A stretch of DNA of 64,000 nt from Leucoraja ocellata (GCA_036785375.1 JAWMAR010000029.1:9920001-9984000); one strand, 5' to 3'; shown: positions 1-13,310, numbered from the stretch's first letter. Notes: generated by a model not told the origin, from the sequence alone. A program made the numbers and translations.

Positions 1-280
1 TTGTAAACAACAAAATTTAACAGTAACTTGATTTCTGCGTGTTGAACATGCCAAGCTAAATCTACATATTCTCTGCCATCCCATTGCCGTCTATAAAACA
101 TTCAGCTATATGATCGTTAAAATTTTCTAAAACATGCAAAGTAGTTGAGGAATAAACTTTAAAGACTGGATGAATAATCTATTTTATTCAAATAGATATT
201 CCTTCGAACCGTCGGACAGAACTTTTGTGGGAATGCATTTGAATTAAAACATGATAAAAGAATTGTTAATGAATATTTAC

Positions 281-406
281 CTGCATCACAATATTTACAC
301 CTCATGCATTTTTCTAAACCATTTGAACGATCCATGTAAGTTCCATGAGTACAGGAAATGCACATAGTCCCTAATGTGGCAGTGCAGTGTTTTAAGACAC
401 GTGTAC
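281..406 (-). CDS. TNFRSF14: TNFRSF14 (HVEM)-like receptor, coding exon 3 (end of CRD1 / start of CRD2); gene continues beyond window start
   Basis: 126-nt phase 1-1 exon with pyrimidine tract+ACAG acceptor and GTAAAT donor. Encodes GTRVLKHCTATLGTMCISCTHGTYMDRSNGLEKCMRCKYCDA, matching the HVEM pattern C-x7-C-x2-C-x2-GTY-x3-NGL-x-KC-x2-C-x2-CD. Confidence 0.85.
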
Positions 407-863
407 CTGTAATGAAAAGAAGAAGAAAAATGCTGGCGCATTACTTGAAAGACTCAGTAAGTCGGACAACATCTGTGGAGAAATGTTCATTTGATGCCAC
501 TGCAAAAATTAAATCTATATTAATTCTAAATATGCTGCTTGACCATCTAAGCATTTATAGCATTTTCTATTGTTTCTTTAAACTTCCAGCAGTTAGCATT
601 TTATAATAGCCTTACTTGGTCTGATTTAGTGTTGCAGTGTTGTGGCATTCTTTAAACCAGGACTTCTCATCATTCTACCTTATTGTTTTCAAAGCACCCA
701 TATTGAAATGCTAATCTGTGCAAAAACACTACTTTAGCTAAAGCTTGAAAGGGGAAATATGTAATTAAATTGTATTAGCAAAACTATAGCTTATCCACTT
801 TTTAAACAGCTTAAGAGTAAGAAGTTTGCAGTGCAACATTCATTTGCAAAGGTTGTCACTTAC

Positions 864-966
864 CTGGCTGACACATGGAGCAACACAGGTCTTGAAAATT
901 ATATTCATCTGAGCCACAGCTTGTCACCAGTTGCAAGTTAAAAATCAATAATAAAATGCAACAAAC
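864..966 (-). CDS. TNFRSF14: TNFRSF14-like receptor, coding exon 2 (signal peptide + start of CRD1)
   Basis: 103-nt phase 0-1 exon, TTAG acceptor, GTAAGT donor. Encodes VCCILLLIFNLQLVTSCGSDEYNFQDLCCSMCQP(G), resembling HVEM SCKEDEY...CCPKCSPG. In frame with 281-406. Confidence 0.85.
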
Positions 967-1599
967 CTAAGTAGAAAGAAGAATAGTTTAACAAAAACAC
1001 TCTCACAGCCCTCCCACACTCATGGCCCTGAAGTGGAGGGGTGATCATAAAGGGGTGTATTAAATCATGGGGCGAATGGATAGGGTGAATACATAGTCTT
1101 TTTTCACAAGGTAGTGGAATCATGAACTGGAAGGCAAAGGTTTGAGAAGGGAAAGATTTAATAGGAAACTGAAGGATAATCTTTCCATGCAGAGGGAACG
1201 AGCTGCCAGAGGAAGTAGTTGAGATTATAACATTGACAACATTTAAAATACATTTTAGGAGGCATTAATGCTTAGGTTAGTTAACTGTTAGTATTTCTGG
1301 ACCTTTTTCCTAGCTTGTGGGTTGGATTATATACGTAGATGGGCATGTCTACATTTGTGGAGGCTAGCACAGACTCATAGATTGGAAGTATTTTAGTTTT
1401 AGTTTTTTAGTTTAGTTTTAATTTTTAATAGAGGGATGGTGAGGACAACAGTTTTTTACCACGTCCACGTTCATGTTCACAAGACGCCACATGGAAGAAA
1501 CAGTAAGAACGAAAAGTTATGAATTATTTATTTGTTTTGTATTACTTCAATTAAAGACCAATTAATCAAGAAGTAAGAAATTGGAAGATTTGTTTTTGC

Positions 1600-1998
1600 T
1601 ATCGACGAGTTTTCAGAATCAAGGATAACCGACCGATAATGTTAAATGTCCGCCGAGCTTCACAGCCATGTATCTCTGGCTTAATAAAAGTTGTCTGCCT
1701 TCTGTCTCCACTCCTTCTCCCCCCTTCTTTTAAAGGATTTATCGTACACTGTGCTTCAGCCGTCTTAATTACAGCGCCAACCTTCTGTTCATCGTAGTGT
1801 GTGTCTGTATCACTTTGGCTTTGCTCAGACAGCGCTCCCCCCGCTGGCCCTATCCCCCACCTTTGCAATGTGTTTGTGTGTGTGTGTGTGTGCTCCACTC
1901 TGACAGTCGCCGTTCCAGTTGCTGTTTTTTCAGGCGACTGCCGGCAACTTGACAGTCGCCGGCAGACACCTGAAAAATCCCCAAAGTGGGACAGGCCC
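1600..1998. mobile_element. PIF/Harbinger-type MITE remnant (one end)
   Basis: Ends in AAGTGGGACAGGCCC, the same TIR as the complete copies at 22894 and 36800. Left boundary approximate. Confidence 0.55.
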
Positions 1999-2115
1999 AT
2001 AAGTGGAACAAAGTGCAACTCAGTCAGAATTGGATGGTATGTGAACAAACTTCTTCAGATTCATATACTCACAAGGGTGAGGAATAGTCTGGGGAACAAA
2101 GTTTGTGACCCTAAT

Positions 2116-2795
2116 GGGCCTGTCGCACTTAGGCGATTTTTTGGGCGACTACAGCCGACTGCCGTTAAAATTTTTCGGCGACAGTGTGACAATATTTGCT
2201 GTCGTAGGTTGTCGTAGGTGAATTCCATTAAAACTAGTCTCTGGCAGTCGCCTAGGGGTCAACAACCATGTTCTGCATAGGGGCCGGGACGCATGTCTGT
2301 GTGCGGATGGCGGGCCACATCTATCACGTATACACATGGATTCCACCTCCATCCCGCCCTGGATGGAAAACATCAAATCCCGTGTTCACATAGATCCCGC
2401 CCATTCGAGGACGCCATCCGGGGGAACCGGCCCCCAGTTACGGGCATAGATGGTTACGGGCGCTCATGAACATGGTGCACCTACTCTGTCCTGAAGGCGG
2501 TTTCTCAAATACTCATACTCACTCATCCCCGGCCTATTGACAACCCCGATCCTGACAGTGTGTTTAAGAAATAACTGCAGATGCTGGAAAAGACGGTAGA
2601 CAAAAAAGCTGGAGAAACTTAGCGGGTGAGGCAGCATCTATGGAGTGAAGGAATAGGCGACGTTTTGGGTCGAGACCCTTCTTCAGACTGGTCTCAGAGC
2701 AGCGTCAGCGGATGATTTCAGGTTACGGGCCACATTCGACCCGGGGGCCATAGGTTGCCGACCCCTGGCCTAAAGAGTCGCCTAAGTGGGACAGG
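2116..2795. mobile_element. Harbinger-type MITE with nested hAT-like MITE (~2253-2767) and Penelope-derived short element (~2558-2690)
   Basis: Outer TIRs GGGCCTGTCGCACTTAGGCGA / TCGCCTAAGTGGGACAGG; inner TIRs AGGGGTCAACAACC / GGTTGCCGACCCCT. Confidence 0.6.
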
Positions 2796-5102
2796 ACCAA
2801 GGAGGGTAGAAAGAGGAACCAAATGATCAGCAAAAAGGTTTGTAGGATCAGGAGTTGCGAGTCCCTAAGACATTAGGAAAAGAAGGAAGTTCAGGGCAGG
2901 GCTGTGAGGAACATTGGAAAAGGTTAGGCTCAGTATCAAGGGAAGGGAAGCAGCAGAGTAGATGGCTTTAAGGTATGTGATAAAGACCATGAGCTCTTGA
3001 CATTTGTTATTGGAATGAAAGCGTAGTTGGAGGATAGTGCACAGTGGGACAATTTAGCATCAGTAGTAAATATTAAATGATGGCAGAATTCTTTACATTT
3101 TTACATATAACTGACAGTCATTGTGTTGACATTTCAGATTTAAAAATAGTTGCCAATTATGTTCCTTAACAATTTTTGTTGAATGTGGGTTAGTATCCAG
3201 AAACAACATACCATAATTGTCCACATTGTCTGGCTGAAGAAAGGGAAGAGGAGCTTGCTAAATACAGGATGCTGATTTATGATGCAATTTTTTTTATGTA
3301 CAGCAATCAGTGGACCTATGTTTGTGTGCTGACCTTGTAGAGTTTGACTTAGCCCCAAATTATTCCTTTTGGATTTTATTGTGTTGTACATTTCCACTCA
3401 TCAAATAACAATTTGCCACTGTTACTTTATCAAAAGAAGACTGCGTAAAGCTGGACTGTAGAAAGAAAGTCCTGCATTTATTCAGCACCTTCCACAATAT
3501 CAAGGCATCTGAAAGTACTTTAAGTTATAATCAAGTAAGAGTGGTCTAGTTACTGAAGTAAAGTTGTACATACGGTAGTCAATGTTGATATGTCAACTCC
3601 AAGAAGCTCACCCTAGTTCTCCAACTAGTTTCACGGTACTGATTAATTTTACTGATTATGTGCCTCCTTGTCACCATTCAGTTAACAATGAACCATTCTA
3701 CATTTCCTTAACGTCTGCTTTGATATGTTGTTTCATACCTTACCCCTTCATATCTCTAGACTCCCTCTCCCCTGACTCTCAGTCTGAAGAAGGGTCTTGA
3801 CTTGAAACGTCATTCCAGAAATGCTGCATGTCCCACTGAGTTACTCCAGCATTTTGTGTCTATCTAAGAAGCCAGAGTTGTACCACACAGAAAGAGGGTC
3901 TTTGGTCCACTAAGTCCACAACAATTGATGATAATTTAGGTTAATATTAAACTTTGTTATGAAAACTACAGCTAAAATAGTCAGTATAATTAATTTGTCA
4001 AATGTACATTCAAACCATTGAGATAGAAATAGCAATAATGCCTGTTGGCAGTAATACAATAATAATGTGCAAGCACGCAGAGAAGATTAGTTTAACCTGG
4101 CATCATGCTCATTATGGACATTATGTGCTGAAGGCCTGTTCCTGTGCTGTACATTTCTATGTTAAAAGAGCTTTGGACCATCTCTAGTTATGGATGGTGC
4201 TAAAATGCCAGCTGTTTTGTTTCTTAGCCCCTCCCCCTCTTGTGCTCACTAAATATGCTATTAATGTAAAGGGCTTTTTGCATATTAGCTCTGTCAACCT
4301 AAAAAATATTTACAGCAATTGTAAATTTGTTGAACAAGCATGATGGAAGAGTTGTAAAATATATTGCATAAGATGTAAAGATTTTAAGTTGAGCAATATT
4401 CAAATTATGTTAGAACCATGGTAAACTTGAGACTCAGAGGAATCCATCATGTGGACATCTCTTTTAGCCCATAATGTCTTGTCGTTCAAAAAAACCTCCC
4501 TAATCTTATCCCATTTTCCAACACTACGTTTGCAGCTTTAAGTACACATCCAGTACTGCTTGAATCTGAGGAGGCCCTCTGTCTCTAAAGCCTTTTAAGG
4601 AGGTGAATGTTATATGCTATTTTCAGTGAAAAATATTTTCCTTGACCCACTTCTAATCCTTTAACAATTCTCAGCCCTTGGTTTATGACCCCCTCTGCTT
4701 AGGGAAGTGGGTCTTCTCTATTCACCATATCTAAGCCCCTCGTCATTTTCTATAGCTTAGTTTCCCTTCAGCTATTCTATAGAAAGCAACACTTGCTTAT
4801 CAAACAACCCAAAGTGCCGGAGTTACTTCAGACTGAAGAAAATTCTCAACAAGAAACATCACCTGTCTATTCCTTCCACAGATGCTGCCTTACCCACTGA
4901 GTTACTCCAGCACTTTGTGTTTTGCTCACAATTCCAGCATCTGCGGTTCCTTGTGCCTCTATTTTCTTATCCAATCTTTCCCCATAGCTACAACTTTACA
5001 GACCCAGCATGATTTTTGTAACTTTCCTCCAGTGAAATTGCATTTCTCCTGTAATATGGTGACCAGGATTTTATGCACACTTCCGAACTCTTATATTCTT
5101 TG

Positions 5103-5237
5103 TTTAAGAAGGAACTGCAGATGCTGGAAAATCGAAGGTACACAAAAATGCTGGAGAAACTCAGCGGGTGCAGCAGCATCTATGGAGCGAAGGAAATAGG
5201 CAACGTTTCGGGCCGAAACCCTTCTTCAGACCCTTCT
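5103..5237 (-). mobile_element. short Penelope-derived element with hammerhead-like core
   Basis: Flanked by 14-bp direct repeat TCTTATATTCTTTG (5089-5102, 5238-5251). Matches the 3' end of the GIY-YIG element at 25893-26523. Confidence 0.75.
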
Positions 5238-6076
5238 TCTTATATTCTTTGCTTTGACTGACAAAGCAAAACATCCCATTTACCATTTTAACTATCTTAT
5301 TGTGTTGTCCTGTTATCTGTGGATCTGTAGGGAACCTTCCATTGCCTTCTCCATCACTTCCTTGCAATATATTCCATTTGCCATTTTTCTGCCTTCCTGC
5401 ATTTCTAAAGCATTCCACTTTATCACCATCTGTAGTTAAACAAATCCTTTCAATTTAAAGAGATGATTAGATTTATTTCTGTGTATGCAAGGAATAGGCA
5501 TGAAGTTATGAAACTGTAGATATAACAATTGAATCTTTAACCATTTAAGAGGTTGATTGAAAATTTCACAATCATGCAGCGGCAGAGATGTTCCATAAAT
5601 CCGTATAAATCAGACTGCATAAGTGAAATGACAAATTCTGAGCATGTCAAAGAGATGCGTGTAATATACCTGATTAGAAGAATGAACTCAAATTAGAAAA
5701 GGGCAGAGGTTTTGGGAAGCAAGCAAAATATATGGCAACAGGACTGTAACTGAAAAAGCCAATCAGTCCTCAATATACTGCAACTTGCATCTCCATTTCA
5801 GCATCTTGATCAAAGCTGCTACTGAGTTCTACTATCAGAATGGTGAGGGATTGTTACCTGATCTAGGCAGAGTTACACGACATGGGATGTTCTTAATACT
5901 TAGCCAGGAGAAAGTTGCCTGACAAGTCATCCAAATATAATGGCATTTCTTAATTTAATTTAAATATTTAATTTTAACAATGATACATAGACCGATTCAA
6001 ATCATAGTACTGCTGCAATTATAGTCAGGAAAGTAATGAAACAAACGGTTGAGGTTTACGGCACCAAATAACTCAC

Positions 6077-6091
6077 CTCAGGATATCCCAT
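6077..6091 (-). CDS. TNFRSF14: TNFRSF14-like receptor, candidate first coding exon (MGYPE)
   Basis: AAGATGG start context, 5 codons, then a perfect GAG|GTGAGT donor in phase 0 as exon 2 requires. Confidence 0.55.
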
Positions 6092-8189
6092 CTTTCACGT
6101 GTGTGCCAGGAACCCAGGCGTCAGTTCAAACTCCAAGCTAAAATGCAATTATTAAAATTATATTGCACTCCACCTCGTTGAATATTGGACGCAGATTGTT
6201 AGTACTTCACTTGAAATGAGAGTTGCAGCTTTTAGTAGCAAATTTCATCTTCCTCATTTTCAGTTCAGAGCTCTAGGTCAGTGCTTTTGCTGACTTGTAG
6301 TTCTCTTGTGTTGGAAATTACGTTTCTTCTGAAAGGTTAAATTTAGGACATTCTTGAACTCCTTTGTTATTATGTTACAGTCAGTATTCACGAACTGCAT
6401 GTCATTGAGAAAGCTTTTTACAGATAGGTTGGATCGAAAAATGGGTTGGCACGAGTAGACAGAGGGTGATGGGAGAGGGTTTTGTGATTGAATGTCTGCC
6501 GAGTGGGATTAGTGAATGATTTGGTTGTGGATGTAGGGGGCATAATCAATAAGATTGGTGGAGTTGGTGATAGAGGGTAGTCAGGCTATATGTTGATAGC
6601 TAATTAGAAATATGAGCCTAGAAATGGCAGAAGGAGTCTAATCCGAATAAGTGTGGGGTGATGCATTTTGGAAGTACATAGGTTAAGGCACACTCCATGC
6701 AAGGTATGTTCCTGTGGAGTTATGAGAGACAGCAGGATCTTGAAGAACAAGACACTTGAAGGTAGCAGCATGGTTAGATAACATGATTATAAAGCATATG
6801 GGATATTGACAGAAGTAAAGAAGTTATCCTAACTTTATAAATTAACAATCTTTACAAGGGTGTTACTGGTGAGGCCTCCATTTAACTTCCATACCTACTT
6901 GTCCTTGACAAGATAATCATTCACCTTCTTCTTGAATCAGTGCAGTCGTTTGTGATGAAGATACTCATTGGATAGTGAGGTTGGGTAGGGAGTGTACAGA
7001 GTCTTTCCCATTCACTTTTAAGTGAATACTCAAAGGAAGAAAATTTGAAAGGCTATGGATTCAAATTCAAATTCACTTTTGAAAACATCTTATCAAAGTG
7101 TGGAACCCAGAAATATATACAATATTAAAACTGTGGCCAAACCTCTGCTTCACTAATGGTTGGCATGGAGTTCCAGGAGTTGAATCCAACCATGTTGAAG
7201 TACAGACAATGCATTTCTAATGAATCACAGCAATGTAGGATGGTGTGCGACTGGTAGCAGAGTATGAAAAAGGTGGGTTTTCCATTTGCCTCCTTCTGGG
7301 AAGAGGCCGTATTGAGGTTATGGGCATGTGAGATGCTTTTAAGGGAGCCTTGGTTGGTTGCTGCAGTAAACACCATATAGATGATACTGATTGCTGCCAT
7401 GGTGCTCAGTGCTTGCGATAGTGTATAATTATTTTGTAAATTAAACTACGCCAAGTTCTACTCAATAATTGTACATGTTAACCTACTTTACTTTCATCAA
7501 TTGAAGTTTATTATGAACTCACGTTTTTGATTCCAAATCTCTCCCCACTTTATCGTATTCATTGATCACAGTGGGAATCAGAAATTTTCACAGTTATATG
7601 TAGGAAGGAACTACAGATGCTGGTTTAAACTGAAGATAGACACAATGCTGGAGTAAGTCAGCGGCACAGACAACTTCTCTGGAGAGAAGGAATGGGTGAC
7701 GTTTCACATCAAGACTGGGTCAGGTCAGATCTGAAGAAGGGTCGTGACTCGAAACAACACCCATTCCTTGTTCACAGTTAGATAGGTTCAACATGATGTT
7801 ACACGCTTCCTGGATACTTTCCAAGAGTAACGAGAAGCAGAAAGACTAATTTCAACTATTCTAATCCCTGGATGAAATAAGGTTTTACAATAAACACAAA
7901 GACAACATCGTTATGAATAGGAATATTCCCCAAGATGTAAAATCTATTAAAATAATTTCCATTTTAGCACAAATATTATTATCATTGTTCTACAACCAGT
8001 CAAGAGTGTTTTGTTGTACCGACAAAGGAACAATGAAATTATTACGTTGCAGAATAACACACCTGTAAATACAATCCTCATAAATAATACATGATAAAAA
8101 AACCATAATTAATGATCTCAATAATAGTGCAAAAACACCCAGTCCTTAGTGCAACCAAAGGCAGTTCAAGTGATTTTGTAGTGTTAGCG

Positions 8190-8480
8190 GTTGTTTAGTT
8201 CAAGAATCTGATGATTGTTGGGCAGAAACTATTCTTTAAACCGGTGGTCACGGTTTTCAGACTTCTATACCTTCTTCCCGATGGTTGGCATGAAATTAGA
8301 ATGTGGCCAGGTTGGTGTAGTTCTTTGACGATGCTGGCTGTCTTTTTGAAGTAATGCCTCCTATAATTCCCTTCCATGGTGGGGAGATCAGTACCCATGA
8401 TGGACTGGGTGGCATCCGTCGGGACAGGATATAGGCGGTTATAACTCCAAGACATCAATGGGATGCAAAATTCTACTGGA
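8190..8480 (-). mobile_element. Rex1/Babar-type LINE 3' fragment
   Basis: Translates to ...PSGRRYRSLKTVTTGLKNSF..., homologous to the C-terminus of the ORF at 52858-53676. Confidence 0.7.
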
Positions 8481-8731
8481 CAGTGACTACTAGTACTTTC
8501 TAATAGTTCAAAAATAATTATTGTTGATAAAATTACCACATTCCCAATAAGATTACAAACAAAATGTTCCCAGACCTGTTAAATACAGAATAGAACTCAG
8601 TGTTTTAACAAGAACCAGCATGTCCTTATTGGCATTAGCCAGCCTTGGTTTTTGCAACAATGTTCTTTGCTTGACAGCCACCAGTCATAAATTAAATATG
8701 AGAATAATACTCATTTAAATAAAGAACTTAC

Positions 8732-8746
8732 AATAAAACTATCCAT
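8732..8746 (-). CDS. TNFRSF14-like receptor, alternative candidate first coding exon (MDSFI)
   Basis: GCAATGG start context, 5 codons, then GTAAGT donor in phase 0. Also compatible with exon 2. Confidence 0.3.
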
Positions 8747-9929
8747 TGCAAAGGCCAGGGTTCATTTCTGTTCATTGAAAACAGGTTCTGTAATTTGATT
8801 TTAATTTGGTCATAGTTTGGAAGAGAAGAAGCGAAAATTACTTGAAAATGTTGATGTGTTTGTCATATAGAAACGTGGGCAGTATGTGAGGCTGGGTCAA
8901 CAAGCAGAATGTTGATTGCTTCATGCCATACTTTTCCTGCAGACATCAACGTCTATCAGTAGTCCAGGATGGAATCAAGACCTAATGTGATAATATCTGA
9001 CCCCGAGTGCAGCTTCTGCACTTGAAATGTGAATATGGAATTACATTGTATTTATTTACCTTAAGCAAAAGGACAGACTTTTAAACAAAGACTTACTAGT
9101 CAGTAAGTTTCCCAAACTTTCTTAGAGCACGTACAACTGCAGAAAAAGTCAAGGAGACGAATTCACAAGTGGAATTAAATATTTAATGTCTGCCTCCTGC
9201 TTAATCCCACTCCACTGTGTTCATTTAATGAAATTGCAGCAAAACTACCTGAAATATGGAGCAAAAGTACTTCTTGCATTTGGGTCAGGGCGTCAGTGTG
9301 TGGGCAGTGGGATAATCACCCCTCTTGAGCTCACTGAGCGAGTTAGGAGATTCGGTTTCACTCTATGCAGCCACTGTGATCTAGCCCTCATCATCGTTAC
9401 CATTGCCCAAATCCACTTGTCTTTATTAGGCTTCATATTTTCTCATTGTCTTATCCTTCAACTGAATAGAGATTCGTTCTAAGGTTATGTTTAGTGCAGG
9501 ACTCAAGATAGGTTAAGGTTAAGGTTTGGAGCAGCATTTCTAAATACCTCACCAAAGGTCCTTTATCAGAATGAAGCACTTTATCTTTTAAAACCCATTA
9601 ACTTTAGCTGGAGTGCCATGAATGTCCCAGGTGTTTTGTAACCACATAATGATCAATGAAGTCTACTTTTACTTTATTAAACTTTACACTGTGCTATTTT
9701 TTCATTATCTTTCTGTAGGTTTCAAACATCTGATGCACATGAACAGGTATGGCAGCAAAGAAAAGCAAGGTGGTCTGCAGTGAGGCAGCTATTTTGGGGT
9801 GGACTGTTTTGAGGGCGAAGGGCTGCTGGTAGATTAAAGTGCGAGCTTTGGTGAAAAGTGGGCTTCGATTAGGAAGACGAGCAGCATTTATGTAAGTCGA
9901 GGTGAGATTTTTCCTTTTTCTTAAGTTTG

Positions 9930-10460
9930 CTCTTTGTTAAAGGGACTGTGTGGCATTCAAAGGTGCGGACAGCTCCTGTGAGATGTGGAAGATCAGGTGA
10001 CAGTCAACTCTCCCTGACAACTATGTCTGCAAGAAGTGTGTCTACCACTCCTCTCAGTCTAGATGGATTGGTTAGACCGGCAGTTGTACTCACAGAGGAG
10101 CGTACAGGAGGCAGAGAGTGAGACAGACAGGAGTTTCAGAGCCGTGGTTTGTGCCAAACGATGAATCAGTTAGATGATAGACCATCAGAAGGGTCAGGCA
10201 AGTAGTGCAAGCCTCTCCTGTGGTTGTTCCTCAATCAAAATATATATATCATTTTGTATTCTGTTGGGTAGATGGTTTCTCAGGAACAGCCAGAACAACC
10301 AGCACGACCGGTTCTACGTGTTGGTTGACGTAATAAGGAAATGTCTGGGCGATCAATAGTTAGAGGGGACTCCATCGTCATGGGTGCAGATATAAGCCTT
10401 TCATTGGCCATGAACTAGAGTTCACGATGCTGTATAGCTTTCCTGATTCCAGGGGGAAAG
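9930..10460 (+). mobile_element. degenerate CR1/HER1 LINE ORF1 fragment
   Basis: Remnants of a Cys-rich N-terminus (SCEMW...PDNYVCKKC) and an esterase-like GDSIVRG motif, with frameshifts. Confidence 0.55.
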
Positions 10461-10539
10461 GGCAGGGAGTGGGGAGGGCCGATCGGGAAGGTGAGATTTC
10501 AGCATCCATAGATGTGAGCTCGCAGCATCCATAGAACGA

Positions 10540-12200
10540 ACATACAGCGCTGGTGGAGGGAGCACACAATGTCATTGGAGTGCTGTGTTGGAGGAGGGAG
10601 AGAACATACAGTGCCTAAAGGGAGAGCACACACAGTGCTAGTGGTCAGGGCGTCCATGGCAACTGGATGGAGTGCGCAGTGTCAGTGGGGAGAGAGAGAG
10701 AGCACACAGTCACCGAGGAGAGATTGCGCGCTGTGCAGAGGATAGAGCGCAAGAAGCGTCCAATGCCGGAGGAGAGCGAGCACAAAGCGCCAGAGGAGAG
10801 GGAACACGTAAAGCCAGAGGAAAGAGCACACACTGACTGTGCCAGAAGAGAAAGCATACACAGTGGAGGGAGTGCACAGTGTTGAAGGAGAGAGTGCACA
10901 GCGCCAGAGGAGAGAGTGTATGCTTTCGTGGAGGAGAGAATGCACCCAGTGCTTAAGAAAGAGCGCACATTGTTGGAGGAGAGAAGGTACACAGTGTCGG
11001 AGAGACTATACTGCACGGTGGAATGTGCACACAGCACTGGAGGAGAGGTAGCACACAGTGCTGGAACAGAATGGTGCACACTCCAACAGGGGGTTAGCTG
11101 GAAGATTAATAGGGCTGTTTTATCAAATGATTTTAACGTCCCGGATATTGACTGGGAGTGTTATAGTGCTAAGGGCTTGCACGAGCTGGAATGTGTTAAT
11201 TGGGTCCAGGAAAGTTTTCCAAAGCAATTTGTAGATGGCCTCCCTGTAGAAGGGATAACACTGTTCCTCCTATTGAGGGATATAGCGCTGGAGTAGAGAG
11301 CACGCAGCTCCTGAGGGGAGAGAGAGCACAGCGCTAGAAGATGGAGCGCACAATGCAGAATGAGAGAGCACACATTGTGTTGGCGCAGGGAGCACACAAC
11401 GCCAATGGATAGCGCGCACACAGTTGTTGGATGAGAGGGTTCACACCTTGCCGGAGGAGACAGCACACATTATCTGTGGATGGAGCGTATGTCGTCGGTA
11501 GAGGGAGCGCACAGCACTGGTAGAGTGCCAGCCTTTGTGGAGGGAGCACACGCACATCCAAAAGAGAGCGGGCGCATTGTGATACTGCCCCTTCCATTGG
11601 ATGCCGCTCTGATCCCCATCACTGCCTGACAGCTGCCTAAGAGGCTAATCCCCGGCATCATTTGTAACAGCAGGTCCATTATGCCAAACGTCATTAGTTC
11701 ACACCTTGTAAAACCCAGGCAGTCCAGCCAGAGGAGAGAAGGAAGAAGGTGAGAGACAAAACAGGAAAGAAAGAAGGAAGAAAGAAAGAAGAGAGAGGAA
11801 TGGATAGGAAGTGGGATGCCTCCCTGCTAGCTATGTTCTTCTGTCGCATGTTTGAGCAAGACTGAGCCACTGGGACAAACTCAAGACTGGGCTGGTGGCA
11901 AGAAGCCCGAGACAACCATCGCCTCTACTGAGAGACCGCAGAACATCCGTGCAATGAGCACCCGAGTGCTGGTGAAGAGAGCGCGTACAGTACTGGAGGG
12001 GAGTAGTCACAGTGGAGGGGAGAGCGCGTACCCACTGCTGGCGGAGAGAACGCACTCACTCTGTGCTGGCGGAGAGTGCGCGCACAGCTCCGGAAGAGAG
12101 AGCACACGGTGCCCTAGACGAGAGTGCACAGCGTCAGTGGAGAGGGAACGGTCTTGACCCGAGGTGTTGGAGGACAAAGAGCACGTGGCTTCGGGCGGAG
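10540..12200 (+). repeat. degenerate ~22-bp GA-rich minisatellite (GGAGGAGAGAGCACACAGTGCT-like) in three blocks
   Basis: Blocks at ~10540-11090, ~11285-11580 and ~11950-12200. It generates many of the spurious low-complexity ORFs. Confidence 0.75.
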
Positions 12201-12224
12201 GAGGGAACTGAGCCACGGTCCAAG

Positions 12225-12594
12225 CAAAGATCTTATAGCGACAGTTTGTGTGGGTCAGATTCATAATTCTGTCAGTTCAAACTTCTTGTCAAGAACAAAA
12301 TTTGATTCTGGTAATTGTCTTTTTTAATGTTTTTTAAATCATTTCTTTTTAAATGGCTCACAAACAGTGTTTGAGTTGATTTTGTAGTAACCGGAATCGA
12401 CCCGACTCGCAGGGTGATTGACAGGGGGGACTTTTTGTGCGTGATTATAGGGTTAGATTCATAATTCTGTTAGTTCATAATTCTGTTGATTCTTGTTAAG
12501 GAATAAAATGTTTATAAACACACATACATGAAAATTATATAAATGTATATAACAAGCAAAGATCTTATAGCGAAGCTTCGCTATAAGATCTTTG
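12225..12594. mobile_element. non-autonomous DNA transposon, P-element-like
   Basis: 17-bp TIR CAAAGATCTTATAGCGA; 8-bp TSD GGTCCAAG at 12217-12224 and 12595-12602. Confidence 0.7.
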
Positions 12595-13310
12595 GGTCCA
12601 AGGACCGGCCTGGTTCACCCGCCGAGGGCTGAGGACGCGCCCGCTGCAGACCGAGGACTCGCCCGGGTTGCCCAGGAATTGCCACGGTCCTGGAACTGCC
12701 CTGAAGCCCCAGTTCGCTCGCCGCGGATCGACGACCCATGCCGCTGAAGGGTGCAAGGAGTCGGACAGACAGCCAGTGAGCAGACTGGCGACAGGAGGGA
12801 GCGCACTGCATCGATGGTGGACTGGGCTGTTGGAGGCCCCACAGGGCTGGGGCTCAGCTGGATCGGGTGCTGCTCCAACAGGCCGAGTGCATGGACTGGA
12901 CCCAAGTGAATGATATTTTGTCCAAAACTTTATTTAATTTATCAAATTTGTCAGATTATGTTACAGTAGACAAATTGTTACAAGTCATAAAGGTCAACAT
13001 GCTTCATCTTGTTCAAGTACAGACATTGTATGAGATCAGCATGTCTCACTCCACTGAGAAAACGGAACTGACATTTACATTCCAAACACACTTTCCAATG
13101 TAGACACTGTCCTTGCAGAAAGCCGCAGTTTCTGGTCTTGCGGTGCGACGGGAAAGTTTGGTACTCTACCATTATAACTCAGCTCACAACGGTGGTGAGA
13201 TTCCTACTGCACGAAGGCTCTGAGGGGAAGGACCTTTCCCACGGTCTTAGATTGTTTGAGTGGCCTAATAATGAGGCATTCTACCAAGTGACTATCAGTA
13301 GGATTCACCA

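Noticed and set aside
10378-12327. Many overlapping 60-140 aa ORFs on both strands
   Set aside because: They are translations of the 22-bp minisatellite and CR1 remnants, with no splice or domain support.
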